From: Polyangiaceae bacterium
Lineage (GTDB): Bacteria; Myxococcota_A; Polyangia; Polyangiales; Polyangiaceae
Direction of reading: 5' to 3'
NCBI GenBank assembly: GCA_965222375.1
Contig: CBDCTZ010000016.1
Span: 3,008,001 to 3,072,000, forward strand
Length of the DNA stretch: 64,000 bases
Shown: positions 41,640 to 51,147 of the stretch, one piece after another
Numbering within the stretch: position 1 is the first letter of the stretch
How the letters are laid out: every line of letters begins with the position of its first letter
Notes under the pieces: model-generated
The model's database searches: none
What the model saw: only the letters and a program-made list of their open reading frames with translations
Told to the model about the DNA's origin: nothing
Position numbers and translations under genes: made by a program

Positions 41640-42934
41640 GCGTCACCTCCACGCGGCTCCGGGTCACTGCTAGCGGCGGAATCGTCGTCCTCGCCGGTCA
41701 CTGCCGCCAGCTCCGGTGACGCCTGGATCAGCTCCACGGGGCGCGGACCCACCGGAGTCGTGATGGTGGCGGCGCGGCCGGCATTGGGTGTTTCTTCGAC
41801 CACGGAGCGCTGACGCAGGGGTGCGGGAGCCGGCCGCTTGGATTCCGGGGCGTCCTTCGACTCCCCCGAGTCCTTCGAGCGATCCGTATTCGGCTTGATC
41901 TTGGGCCGCACGCTCGTCGGGGGCCGCACGCTGGCGCGGGAAATGGGCGCCGGCTCCTCGACCACCGAACGCTGGCGCAAGGGTGCGGGCGGTTCGCTGT
42001 CCCGTGCTGCGGGTTCGCTCGATGGTGGTTCGGGTTCGGAGACGGGCTCCTCTTCGACGGACTCCCGAGTCGAGGGGGGCACTGCGTCGGCGATCACACT
42101 GGGCAGGGTGGAACGGCGATCCTTCTTCGGCTTCTTGTTCCGGAACTTGGGACTGAAGATCGCTTCCAGCATGGCGCGCAGCTTCGGGCCGTCCAAATTA
42201 CTGGCGATGTTGCCGTTGAAGACGAAGCTGATCGTGCCTCGCTCCTCGCTGACCACGACGACGACTGCGTCGGTCTCTTCGCTGATCCCTATGGCTGCAC
42301 GGTGCCGAGAACCGAAGCTCGCGTCCATGACCTTGCCCTCGGGCATGGGGAAGAAGACTCCGGCTTTGGCCACGCGCAAGTTTCGCAGAATGACGGCACC
42401 GTCATGGAGCTGGTTCATGGCTTCGGGAATGAACAGGCTGACCAGGAGCTCTTTGGTCACGACCGCGTCGATGTTGTGCCCCTTGTTGGTGCCAACGAAT
42501 TCGTCGAGGTTTGCCTCTTGCTCGAAAGTGATGATGGCGCCGATGCGGTGGCGGGCGAGTTCCGTAGCCGCTTCCACGACTTCGTCGATCACTTTGGATT
42601 CTCGCGCTCGGGACATCCCGGAGAGCCATGCGCGGCTGCCGACCCGCATCAGGCCGCGTCGAATGTCGTTCTGAAAAACGACCACGATCACCAAGATGAT
42701 GCTCGAAATCAGCGCCCCGAGGATGCTGACGACGGTAACCAGCTGAAGCCACTGGGCAACGAGGTAAAACAGGAACACCATCGCCAGGCCGACGCCGACC
42801 TGCATCGCGCGGGTGCCGCGCAGCACCAGAAGTGCGCGATAGATCACGTAGTAGACGAGTAAGACGTCGAGGGCGTCTCGGGCCAATTGCGCGGGGCTGC
42901 GCTCGGCCAGATTGGAAAGGAGGCGCTCAAGCAC
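41636..42934 (-). CDS. cdaA: Diadenylate cyclase CdaA (3 TM plus DAC) with a long low-complexity C-terminal tail
   Basis: GTRAMQ, VVFQNDIRRGL, LHDGAVIL, GSRHRAAIGISEETDA, VSEERG. Confidence 0.93.
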   Translation of the reverse strand: MLERLLSNLAERSPAQLARDALDVLLVYYVIYRALLVLRGTRAMQVGVGLAMVFLFYLVAQWLQLVTVVSILGALISSIILVIVVVFQNDIRRGLMRVGSRAWLSGMSRARESKVIDEVVEAATELARHRIGAIITFEQEANLDEFVGTNKGHNIDAVVTKELLVSLFIPEAMNQLHDGAVILRNLRVAKAGVFFPMPEGKVMDASFGSRHRAAIGISEETDAVVVVVSEERGTISFVFNGNIASNLDGPKLRAMLEAIFSPKFRNKKPKKDRRSTLPSVIADAVPPSTRESVEEEPVSEPEPPSSEPAARDSEPPAPLRQRSVVEEPAPISRASVRPPTSVRPKIKPNTDRSKDSGESKDAPESKRPAPAPLRQRSVVEETPNAGRAATITTPVGPRPVELIQASPELAAVTGEDDDSAASSDPEPRGGDA

Positions 42935-43796
42935 GGATGGGCTCCTCCTGCATCGTACCGTGGGCGATGGCGTGCCGCACGCCGAGGGCTTGTCGTATGG
43001 CCAACACGTCGTGCACGCGGAGCACTCGCGCGCCCCGCGCTGCCGCTTCCAGACACGCCGCCACCGTGCCGCCCAAGCGCTCAGACGGCGTGGCCCCGTC
43101 CAACGCTGCAATGAACGACTTTCGGCTCGGCCCGACCACCAGCGTGCCCAGATCGGCCAATTCATCCAAGCGCGACAGCAGCTCGAAGGAGTGCCGTGCG
43201 TTCTTGGCGAAGCCGATTCCGGGGTCGAACCAGCAGCTTGCACTGGGCACGCCCTGCGCCACCGCTCGATCGCGAGCCGCGCGCCACTCGGTGGCCACGT
43301 CCAGCACCACGTCCTGGTAGCCGTCTTGCGGATAGGCCGAAAAGCCGGGCATTTTACTCATATCGCCGCGGCTGTGCATGATGATGAGCTTGGCGGAGTG
43401 GCGCGCGGCCACCCTGGCCAGCTCGTCTTCTGCCAGGCACGACACGTCATTGACGATCTGGGCACCGCGCTCCAGAGCGTAGCTAGCCACCGCGGGCAGG
43501 GTGGTATCGATGCTCACGATGGCGCCCCGGCGAAGGGCGTGCTCCAGAGCGGGACCGACCCGACGGATCTGTTCCTGGGCTGGCACCCTCTCGGCGCCTG
43601 GCCGTGTGGATTCGCCGCCGATGTCGATGATCTCAGCGCCCTCGTGCAAGAGCTGATCGACTCGCTTGGCTGCCGCTTCCTTGGCGAGGTACTGACCGCC
43701 GTCCGAAAAGGAGTCCGGCGTGGTGTTGAGGACACCCATCAACACGATACGCGCGGAGGCCCCCTTCGCAGCCATCACCGTATCAACAGACCCCAC
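42927..43796 (-). CDS. folP: Dihydropteroate synthase
   Basis: MGVLNTTPDSFSDGG, DIGGESTRPGA, DPGIGF, SRKSFI, RVHDV. Confidence 0.97.
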   Translation of the reverse strand: MGSVDTVMAAKGASARIVLMGVLNTTPDSFSDGGQYLAKEAAAKRVDQLLHEGAEIIDIGGESTRPGAERVPAQEQIRRVGPALEHALRRGAIVSIDTTLPAVASYALERGAQIVNDVSCLAEDELARVAARHSAKLIIMHSRGDMSKMPGFSAYPQDGYQDVVLDVATEWRAARDRAVAQGVPSASCWFDPGIGFAKNARHSFELLSRLDELADLGTLVVGPSRKSFIAALDGATPSERLGGTVAACLEAAARGARVLRVHDVLAIRQALGVRHAIAHGTMQEEPIRA

Positions 43797-43942
43797 CGTC
43801 TTCCGGTAGCAAGAGCCGGGCCGACAAGCAAGAACTTGGGGAAAAATCGCTACTTTTGCGTTTGACCGCCGGTTTGTCGTTGCCGCCGCCAGAGGGAAGG
43901 GATTAGCGTGGTGCGCAGGAAGCGCCCGTCTGGCGTAGCGCC

Positions 43943-45754
43943 ATGCTGCGAACGCGCGTCAAAGCCGGCCCGGTACCGGGCCTTGTCATGAGCCTGCTGT
44001 TCGCGGTGTTTCTCACCGCCGTGCACGTTGGCGATCACTATGTGTCGTTGTGGGCCCCCGCCATGGGCGTCGCCACGCCGGTGACCTTGCGGGTTCCCTT
44101 CGGCCCCCGGCTTACCCAGGATCAGCGCTCCGGCCGTGCAGATCTACGCCACGCCCACGGCCGCACCGTGGTGCCTCGGGGTACGATCCTGCGCACCGAG
44201 TCTTCCGTGCATTGGACCGCGTACCTATACGACTCGGTTCGCCGCCCACCCAGAATCGCCGGTCTCGCAGGGGTCTTTGCCATCTTCTTCACCTTGGCGA
44301 TGGCCTTGACGGCGTATCTGCGGAACTTCGGCCAAAGTCGGCTCCGGCTCTTGCGCGCGCAGGTCGGCCTGCTGACGATGATGGGGCTCATCGCCGGCGT
44401 GGCCAAAGCGATCCTGCTCTTTACGGCACTGCCCGAGTTCTGGATCCCGGCGGCAGCCGTTCCGTTGTGGATCGCGTCCAGCTACGACCGTCGAACCGCA
44501 TTCTTGGTGGCGGTCGTGATGGCGTTCGTGATCGCGGCGCTGCTCGATCTCGACCTGGTCTTCCTCTGCGTGCTGTTGGCGCGAGGCATGAGCGCCACCC
44601 TGCTCTACTTCGACCGCAAACACGCCCGGTCCATGGTTCTTTCCGGGGCTCTGGGCGGGCTGGCCGCCGCTTTGGTCTTCGTGGCGATCGTGGTCACCTT
44701 CGAGGGGCGTTACGACCTGCTCGCAGATCTGATGCGGCCGATGGAGTCACCGATCTTGGGCTGCCTCGGCGGCGGCTTGTTGGGCGGCGTTCTCGGCGCC
44801 TTGGGTCGTGCTCTGGTCTCCCGCGCTTTCGGAGAAGTACCGCGGGACCGTCTCGTCGACCTGTCGGATCTGGAGCAGCCGCTGTTGGTCAAGCTGAGTA
44901 AGGAAGCGCCAGGCACCTATGAGCACTCCCGGGCCATGGCCAATCTGGCGGAGCAAGCCGCCAGCGCCATTGGCACCAATGCGCTCTTGACCCGCGTTGG
45001 TGCCTACTACCACGACCTCGGAAAAACCGCGCAAGCCAAGTACTTCGTGGAAAACCTGAGCCCTGATGATCGCTCGCCCCACGACGAGTTGGATCCAGAG
45101 GTCAGCGCCGACGCGATCATGGCCCACGTCGTGTTGGGCACGAAGATCCTACGCGATGGTGGCGTGCCGGAGCCCGTCGTCGAGTTCGCCTACACCCACC
45201 ACGGAACTCAAACCGTGGAGTTCTTCTGGAACCGCTGTCTGCAAAGCGGCAATCCCAAAGAGCTGACCGAAGACGCCTTCCGCTATCCCGGCATGAAGCC
45301 CCAGACGAAGGAAACCGCGATCGTCATGCTGGTGGACTCCATCGAAGCGGCGTCCCGCACCATCGATCCGCCGGAACGCAGCTCCTTCGAGCACATGGTG
45401 CAGCGCGTCGTCTTCACCAAGCTGGCCACGGGCCAGCTAGACGAATCCGGTCTCGAGATGCCGGACCTGCGCGTGATTGTCACGCGCATGGTCGACACCC
45501 TGGTCAACATGCACCACCACCGCATCAAGTATCAGTGGCAGGCCAAGCGAGCCGAAGAGTTCGGCGTGCCGGCAACGGCAGTGCGCGACTCGGTGCCGGA
45601 CATCGAGATCCACCGATCTGCGACCGAGCATCCATCGGAAGCCCCGCCGCCTTCCACGGAACCTGGGACGGCGGAGACGGGTGTGCGGGCTGCACCCCTG
45701 CCCGACGTGGTTCCTGTAGACCCGCCTAGCGCGGCCAAGGAGGAGAGCTCTTGA
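43943..45754 (+). CDS. 7TM-HD (HDIG) phosphohydrolase, PgpH-like c-di-AMP phosphodiesterase
   Basis: TM bundle, then EAPGTYEHS..YYHDLGK..YFVEN..HHGT..FRYPGMKP..VDSIEAASR. Confidence 0.85.
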   Translation: MLRTRVKAGPVPGLVMSLLFAVFLTAVHVGDHYVSLWAPAMGVATPVTLRVPFGPRLTQDQRSGRADLRHAHGRTVVPRGTILRTESSVHWTAYLYDSVRRPPRIAGLAGVFAIFFTLAMALTAYLRNFGQSRLRLLRAQVGLLTMMGLIAGVAKAILLFTALPEFWIPAAAVPLWIASSYDRRTAFLVAVVMAFVIAALLDLDLVFLCVLLARGMSATLLYFDRKHARSMVLSGALGGLAAALVFVAIVVTFEGRYDLLADLMRPMESPILGCLGGGLLGGVLGALGRALVSRAFGEVPRDRLVDLSDLEQPLLVKLSKEAPGTYEHSRAMANLAEQAASAIGTNALLTRVGAYYHDLGKTAQAKYFVENLSPDDRSPHDELDPEVSADAIMAHVVLGTKILRDGGVPEPVVEFAYTHHGTQTVEFFWNRCLQSGNPKELTEDAFRYPGMKPQTKETAIVMLVDSIEAASRTIDPPERSSFEHMVQRVVFTKLATGQLDESGLEMPDLRVIVTRMVDTLVNMHHHRIKYQWQAKRAEEFGVPATAVRDSVPDIEIHRSATEHPSEAPPPSTEPGTAETGVRAAPLPDVVPVDPPSAAKEESS

Positions 45755-47466
45755 GTCGCGAACAGAGCTTCATGAAGGCGGCGTTCTTCGGCGTCGTCGC
45801 CGAAGATCTCATCTTCCCGTATCCGACCCTCCCCGACGCTGAAGCCAAGACCGTGCACGAGCTGTCGGCAGGCATCACGCGCGCTCTCGAACCGTCCGAC
45901 CCCGCGGAAATCGATCGAAGTCGCGAAATCCCCGAACCGGTGCTCGAGTCGCTGCGAAAGGCGGGTGCTTTTGGCACTTACATGTCCAAAGATGTTGGCG
46001 GTGCCGGCTTGAGCGTTCTGGGCGCCACACGAATCGCCCAGGATGTCGCGGAGCACAACCCAGCTATCGCCCTGATGCTCTTGACCCACGGCGCCATGGC
46101 CGCTCGCGCCATTGGGCTCTACGGCACGGACGAGCAGCGCAAACGCTACCTGCCCGATCTCGCCAGTGGTCGCATCTCGTCGGCGTTCGCTTTGACGGAA
46201 CATGCTTCCGGCTCAGACGCGGCCACGACGCGCACCCAGGCCATGCGAGACGGATCTTCCAAGGGTTACGTCCTCGACGGCGAAAAATCCTGGGTCAGCA
46301 ACGGTGGACGTGCCGGCTTGTACACGGTTTTTGCACGCACAAATCGCGCGGATGAGGGCCACAAACCCGCTCTGACGGCCTTCGTCGTGCCACGGGGCGA
46401 AGGCGTCAGTGTGGGTGAGCACCACCGAACGTTGGGTGTGCGCGGCCTAGGGGTGACGCCAGTGCGGTTCGAAGGTGTTGCGCTCTCGGACGACCAAGTG
46501 ATCGGTGACGTGGGCAAGGGCTACCGCGTGGCCATGGCCGTGTTGAACGACGCTCGCATCGCGCTGGCGGCGGTCAGCTTCGGGCAGGCCCGTTCCCTCT
46601 TGAACAAGATTGTCCATCACGTCGAGCATCGCCGAAGCTTCGGTCGCGCCATCGGCGAGTTCCCCATCATCAAGGACAAGGTCGCGAAGATGATGGCGGA
46701 GTGTTACGCCGTCGAGTCCATGGTGTACCTCACGGCGGGGCTTGCCGACCGCAATGTCGAGGACTACTCCTTGGAGAGCGCCATCTGCCGCGTGGCAAGC
46801 GTCGAGTCCCTCTGGCGAGTCGTGAATGAAGCGCTGCAGGTGGTTGCTGGCCGTGGCTACGTCGAGGGTGGCGGATTCGAGCGTGCGCTGCGGGATGCCC
46901 GGGCCGGCTTCGTCTTCGACGGGACCAACGAGACCTTGCGTTGCTTCATCGCGCTATCCGGTTTGCGGGGCCCCGGCGAGCGCATGGAAATGGACAGCGC
47001 CCTGCTCGAGCCCCTCAAGGGCTTCGGTCTGCTGCGCCGTTTTGCTCCCCAGAAGCTACGCGAAGCCTTGCGCCGCGAGCGGGTTGCCAAGGCTCATCCC
47101 CTGCTCAGCCGAGAGTCGGTGTTCTTCGAAGAGGCCGTGACGGAGTTTCACGCCGCCGCCACCCGGGCGCTTAAGGAGCACGGTCGCGAAATCGCGGAGA
47201 TGCAGTACACCCAGAAACGCTTGGCCAATGTTGCCATAGACCTTTACGCTCTGGCCGCGTGCCTATCCCGCACCAGCATGGCCATCGAGAGCCGGGGCGA
47301 AAGCGGCGCGCGGCGTCAGATCGATCTGACCACGATGTTCGCGTCCGGCGCTCAATCCCGGATGCGCGCGCACCTGAGGCGCTCCGAGCACAACGACGAC
47401 GAACTCCGCAAGTTGATTGCCGCGCGCACCTACACCGACGGCGGCTACCCCTTCGACGTGATTTGA
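45751..47466 (+). CDS. Acyl-CoA dehydrogenase (ACAD9/VLCAD-like)
   Basis: AFALTEHASGSDA, GEKSWVSNG, FGRAIGEF, RDAR..FDGTNETLR. Confidence 0.92.
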   Translation: MSREQSFMKAAFFGVVAEDLIFPYPTLPDAEAKTVHELSAGITRALEPSDPAEIDRSREIPEPVLESLRKAGAFGTYMSKDVGGAGLSVLGATRIAQDVAEHNPAIALMLLTHGAMAARAIGLYGTDEQRKRYLPDLASGRISSAFALTEHASGSDAATTRTQAMRDGSSKGYVLDGEKSWVSNGGRAGLYTVFARTNRADEGHKPALTAFVVPRGEGVSVGEHHRTLGVRGLGVTPVRFEGVALSDDQVIGDVGKGYRVAMAVLNDARIALAAVSFGQARSLLNKIVHHVEHRRSFGRAIGEFPIIKDKVAKMMAECYAVESMVYLTAGLADRNVEDYSLESAICRVASVESLWRVVNEALQVVAGRGYVEGGGFERALRDARAGFVFDGTNETLRCFIALSGLRGPGERMEMDSALLEPLKGFGLLRRFAPQKLREALRRERVAKAHPLLSRESVFFEEAVTEFHAAATRALKEHGREIAEMQYTQKRLANVAIDLYALAACLSRTSMAIESRGESGARRQIDLTTMFASGAQSRMRAHLRRSEHNDDELRKLIAARTYTDGGYPFDVI

Positions 47467-47478
47467 AGTGGAGGGTTG

Positions 47479-48123
47479 CTACTCGAACACACGAGCGACC
47501 GGGATGAGCAGATCCGGGAACGCCTGCGGAGACAGAGTCTCGCTTTCAGGGTGCGTGCTGACGCTGCGGTAGTGGCCCGCCTCGGGATCGCGGTACACCT
47601 CGATGACCTGGCGGTTCGTGTCGACGATCCAGTACTCCCGGAAGCCCGACGCGGCGTAGAGGGGAGCCTTGACCTTGCGGTCCTTGTCTAGGGAGGTATT
47701 GGCGACCTCGATGACCAGCTGCGCGCGCGAGGGATGCTCTGTCCGATAGTCGCCCTGGGGCACGACCGCGACGTCCGGCTGGGGTTCCGACTCGTCGGCG
47801 GCGATGAGGGGCGCCTGGATGCGGATCCGAGCCCGACTGGCAAGGGCCTGCACCAGGATCACATTGAGTCGGTCAATGGGATTCGTGTGCGCGGCATCGA
47901 TGGGGCTCATCTCGACAAGCACCCCGTAAAGCAGCTCGATGCGCTCGTCTTCGAACGCGCCGGAGGCGACGAGCTGGTCATATTCGACTCGTCGCAGCTT
48001 GCGGGGCCGCTCGGGCAGCAGGAGATCCGTATCCAGCACGAATCGCAGCTTAGCATGTGGCGGCAGGGCTGCCCTGACGCGAACGGCAGAAGGATCCAGG
48101 TCGTAGTCATTGCTATTCGCCAT
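47479..48123 (-). CDS. Uma2-family (PD-(D/E)XK) endonuclease, copy 1
   Basis: ELLYGVLVEMSP, EPQPDVAV, LVIEVANTSL.KDR..K..LYA..G..EYWIVD. Confidence 0.92.
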   Translation of the reverse strand: MANSNDYDLDPSAVRVRAALPPHAKLRFVLDTDLLLPERPRKLRRVEYDQLVASGAFEDERIELLYGVLVEMSPIDAAHTNPIDRLNVILVQALASRARIRIQAPLIAADESEPQPDVAVVPQGDYRTEHPSRAQLVIEVANTSLDKDRKVKAPLYAASGFREYWIVDTNRQVIEVYRDPEAGHYRSVSTHPESETLSPQAFPDLLIPVARVFE

Positions 48124-48520
48124 GGCGTTCAGTCCGCGCAAGATCGGTGGCCGCACGAGAGTGTCCTGGCACGCGGTATCCGGGCATGGGAGCATCTCGG
48201 TCAGAGCACCGCTCGAGTTGCGTGGTATCTGTGCGACGAGGAAATCGGATGACGACGGAGCTGTGGAAGCTGCCGTGGTTGCCAACCCTCATCCGAGAAT
48301 CGTCACGCCAGTGCTTCGTGCGCGCCCGCGCCCAGAAACCTGTCAAGAAGATTCGTGGCCCGTCGACCTCCTAGGCAGTTAGGAGCCCCCGCATAGTGCT
48401 CGGAAGTGGCGACTCCGACGAAGACGTCTGCCGCCAGCGGATTGATGAAACGAGGTGGCAGTGAGGGGCCGCACCGACTCGAGGGGGGACTTGCGCTGCG
48501 CACTCGCGCTTCGGCGGTCG

Positions 48521-49165
48521 CTACTCGAACACTCGAGCGACCGGGATGCGCAGATCCGGGAACGCCTGCGGAGACAAAGTCTTGGTTTCAGTGTGCGTGC
48601 TGATGCTGCGGTAGTGGCCCGCTTCGGGATCGCGGTACACCTCGATGACCTGGCGGTTCGTGTCGACGATCCAGTACTCCCGGAAGCCCGACGCGGCGTA
48701 GAGGGGCGCCTTGACCTTGCGGTCCTTGTCTAGGGAGGTATTGGCGACCTCGATGACCAGTTCTGCGCGCGAGGGATGCTCTGTCCGATAGTCGCCCTGG
48801 GGCACGACCGCGACGTCCGGCTGGGGTTCCGACTCGTCGGCGGCGATGAGGGGCAGTTGGATACGTATCCGTGCCCGGCTGGCCAGCGCCTGGATGAGAA
48901 TCACCGCCAGCCGATCGATGGGATTCGCGTGGGCGGCATCGATGGGGCTCATCTCGACGAGCACCCCGTGGAGCAGCTCGACGCGCTCGTCCTCGAACGC
49001 GCCGGAGGCGACGAGCTGGTCATATTCGACTCGTCGCAGCTTGCGGGGCCGCTCGGGCAGCAGGAGATCCGTATCCAGCACGAATCGCAGCTTAGCATTT
49101 GGCGGCAGGGCTGCCTTGACGCGAGCCAGTGGGGGATCCAATTCGTAGTCATTGCTATGCGCCAT
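48521..49165 (-). CDS. Uma2-family endonuclease, copy 2
   Basis: Near-identical tandem paralog, same 645-bp length. Confidence 0.92.
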   Translation of the reverse strand: MAHSNDYELDPPLARVKAALPPNAKLRFVLDTDLLLPERPRKLRRVEYDQLVASGAFEDERVELLHGVLVEMSPIDAAHANPIDRLAVILIQALASRARIRIQLPLIAADESEPQPDVAVVPQGDYRTEHPSRAELVIEVANTSLDKDRKVKAPLYAASGFREYWIVDTNRQVIEVYRDPEAGHYRSISTHTETKTLSPQAFPDLRIPVARVFE

Positions 49166-49349
49166 GGCGTTCAGTCCGCGCAAGGTCGGCGGCGCTATCG
49201 AGAGTGTCCCGGCATGCGGTATTCGGGCATGGGAGGATTTCGGTCAGGGCGCCGCTCGAGTTGCGTGGTATCTGTACGACAAGGGGAGCACTGCGGATAG
49301 ACTCGGGAGCCGGGCGCCGCGGTGACGTCGATGAGGACTAGGAACCAAA

Positions 49350-50180
49350 ATGCTTGCCGTTAGTGAGAAATACACCCGCGATGTCGCGGTTCAGGCGCTC
49401 GCCGGCGCCGAGCCGACGCTCACGCTGGCCGATGGTCAGTTCGAAATACTCGACGACTACGTGCTGTGCTTCTTCGAGACAGCCGAGCACGGCTCTCAGC
49501 TCGTCGGCCCGCGGGAATTCAAATGGGTCCCGAGCCGCCTAGACTACGAACCCGAGGGTGAACTTCCATTTCTTCCGAGCCTGGTGTGGCAAGTTTTGGG
49601 TCACCGTGACGCTTATTGCTGCGTGATTAAGCAGCACCATCTATTCGTGCGGCGATCACCCAGTGCTCCGTTTGTATATTTCGGCCGATGTTATTTGGGC
49701 AGACATGGTGACGACGCGGGTGGCAAGTTCGCCATGTTCTCGTTGGGGAAGTTGCCACGGGATCTGGTGCTGGAATTCGGGGCGAGCGACCATTGGGAGG
49801 TCGAGGTCGACCATGATGAGCCCCATGAGGTCGCGATAGGGGATGTGCCGACGCTGCGACGGCTTCTGCAGGGCCTCGAAGGACAACAGCCCGCTCAGGT
49901 CGCGATGACGCGCTACGACGGCGATAGTCTGAGCATTCACACGAATGCCACACGGGCTTGGTTGATGTTTCTTCGCTACGACTCCAGTTCCGGGTTGTAT
50001 CCGGATACCCCAAACCTGCCTGATCCGGATCGCATCGAAACCTTCGAATGTTTCTGCGACGGTGCTGTGGAGTTCCCCGCTAAGAACACAGTGCGGCGCG
50101 CTGATGCTGCCGCCATTGCCGAGGAGTTCTTCTCGAGCGGTGCGCTGCCAGCATCGGTCTCTTGGACCGAGGATTGCTGA
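49350..50180 (+). CDS. Hypothetical protein; DUF3427-like N-terminus and Imm1-like immunity C-terminus
   Basis: HLFVRR..PFVYFG; C-terminal FPAKNTV..A..IAEEFFSSGALPASVSW. Confidence 0.6.
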   Translation: MLAVSEKYTRDVAVQALAGAEPTLTLADGQFEILDDYVLCFFETAEHGSQLVGPREFKWVPSRLDYEPEGELPFLPSLVWQVLGHRDAYCCVIKQHHLFVRRSPSAPFVYFGRCYLGRHGDDAGGKFAMFSLGKLPRDLVLEFGASDHWEVEVDHDEPHEVAIGDVPTLRRLLQGLEGQQPAQVAMTRYDGDSLSIHTNATRAWLMFLRYDSSSGLYPDTPNLPDPDRIETFECFCDGAVEFPAKNTVRRADAAAIAEEFFSSGALPASVSWTEDC

Positions 50181-50418
50181 GGGCGGCTCTGGTGGGTGGC
50201 CGAGCGCGCGGTGACGGCACCGCCGTGCTGGGGGAGAGTAGTTACCCACCCGGCTTCGCCGGACCCACATCGAAGGAAACGCTCGAATTCCAGGTCACCC
50301 TCAACCCAGCCGCCTAGCTAGAGGGCCCTTCTGTTTCTGCCTAGGGGCTCATGCCGTCCAGGGCTTGCATCTCGGCCAAGTCCGAGGCTGGTTGGACTCG
50401 TGCCAGTCACGTCGTGGC

Positions 50419-50660
50419 TCAATCGCCAGGACGCACGCGCGGCAGCTGGCCGCGGCGTCGCATCAGATTGCACTTTGGACAACCGCCTCCGCGGCGGGCG
50501 CGGTTGCGGATGGGAGCACGCCAGCTGTGGCCGCGCTCACAGCGCCACCAGACCTTGCGTATCAAGCCGGAGGTCACGTGCTCGGGAGTGAGCTTGCCGT
50601 TCCTGGTGGGGTGCCACTGAGCAGCGACGTGGGGTGAGACCGTGGCGAGGCAGTGCCACT
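50419..50660 (-). pseudogene. Isolated zinc-ribbon (DUF4379-like) domain fragment
   Basis: LATVSPHVAAQWHPTRNGKLTP..KVWWRCERGHSW..R..GGCPKC; no convincing start. Confidence 0.6.
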
Positions 50661-51147
50661 CGGCGAGCAACCGCGGTTGGCCGGCCACGGTGGGCGAAGC
50701 ATCGGCAGCAGTGCTGCAGGCGGATCCGGGAGACGCCTGCAGTTGACATTTGTCAGGTTGGCCGAAGTTCCTGAAATGGAACGCAAGCGTCGGCGCCACT
50801 CGTCTCGTACGTGAGTGAACTCCGACCCGCCGGCGTCGCCCGCGCAGATCCAAGTGAATCAAGCGACTGCCACAAGGCCTACATGTCGACGGATGTCGAC
50901 CCTTGTCGCCAGATGTGCTCCGCCCGTTGGAAAACAATTGGATTTCGCCACCGCCGATTTCGCGTACATTCAACAGTGCGGAAAACTCCGCGCTGGGGCG
51001 ACAGATGAAGGGTGGAAGCGAAACTGGATGCAGCGTGTGGCGGCGCGGCTGCAGCTCGCGTTCGGAAGTGAAGGACGGCAGATGACCAAGCGGCAGATGG
51101 CATCAAGTGAAGCAATCAAGAAGCGCACGGCCGCACCGCACTGGGCA

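Larger units (their letters stand above)
47476..49282. repeat. Direct duplication of ~765 bp (Uma2 CDS plus ~120 bp upstream): 47476-48240 and 48518-49282
   Basis: Direct alignment; similarity extends into the upstream non-coding DNA. Confidence 0.9.

Noticed and set aside
50815..51147. N-terminal ORF-track extensions (RHS, also accA, boxB, cdaA, pgk, secG)
   Set aside because: Upstream in-frame starts give non-homologous sequence; downstream starts match family N-termini or signal peptides
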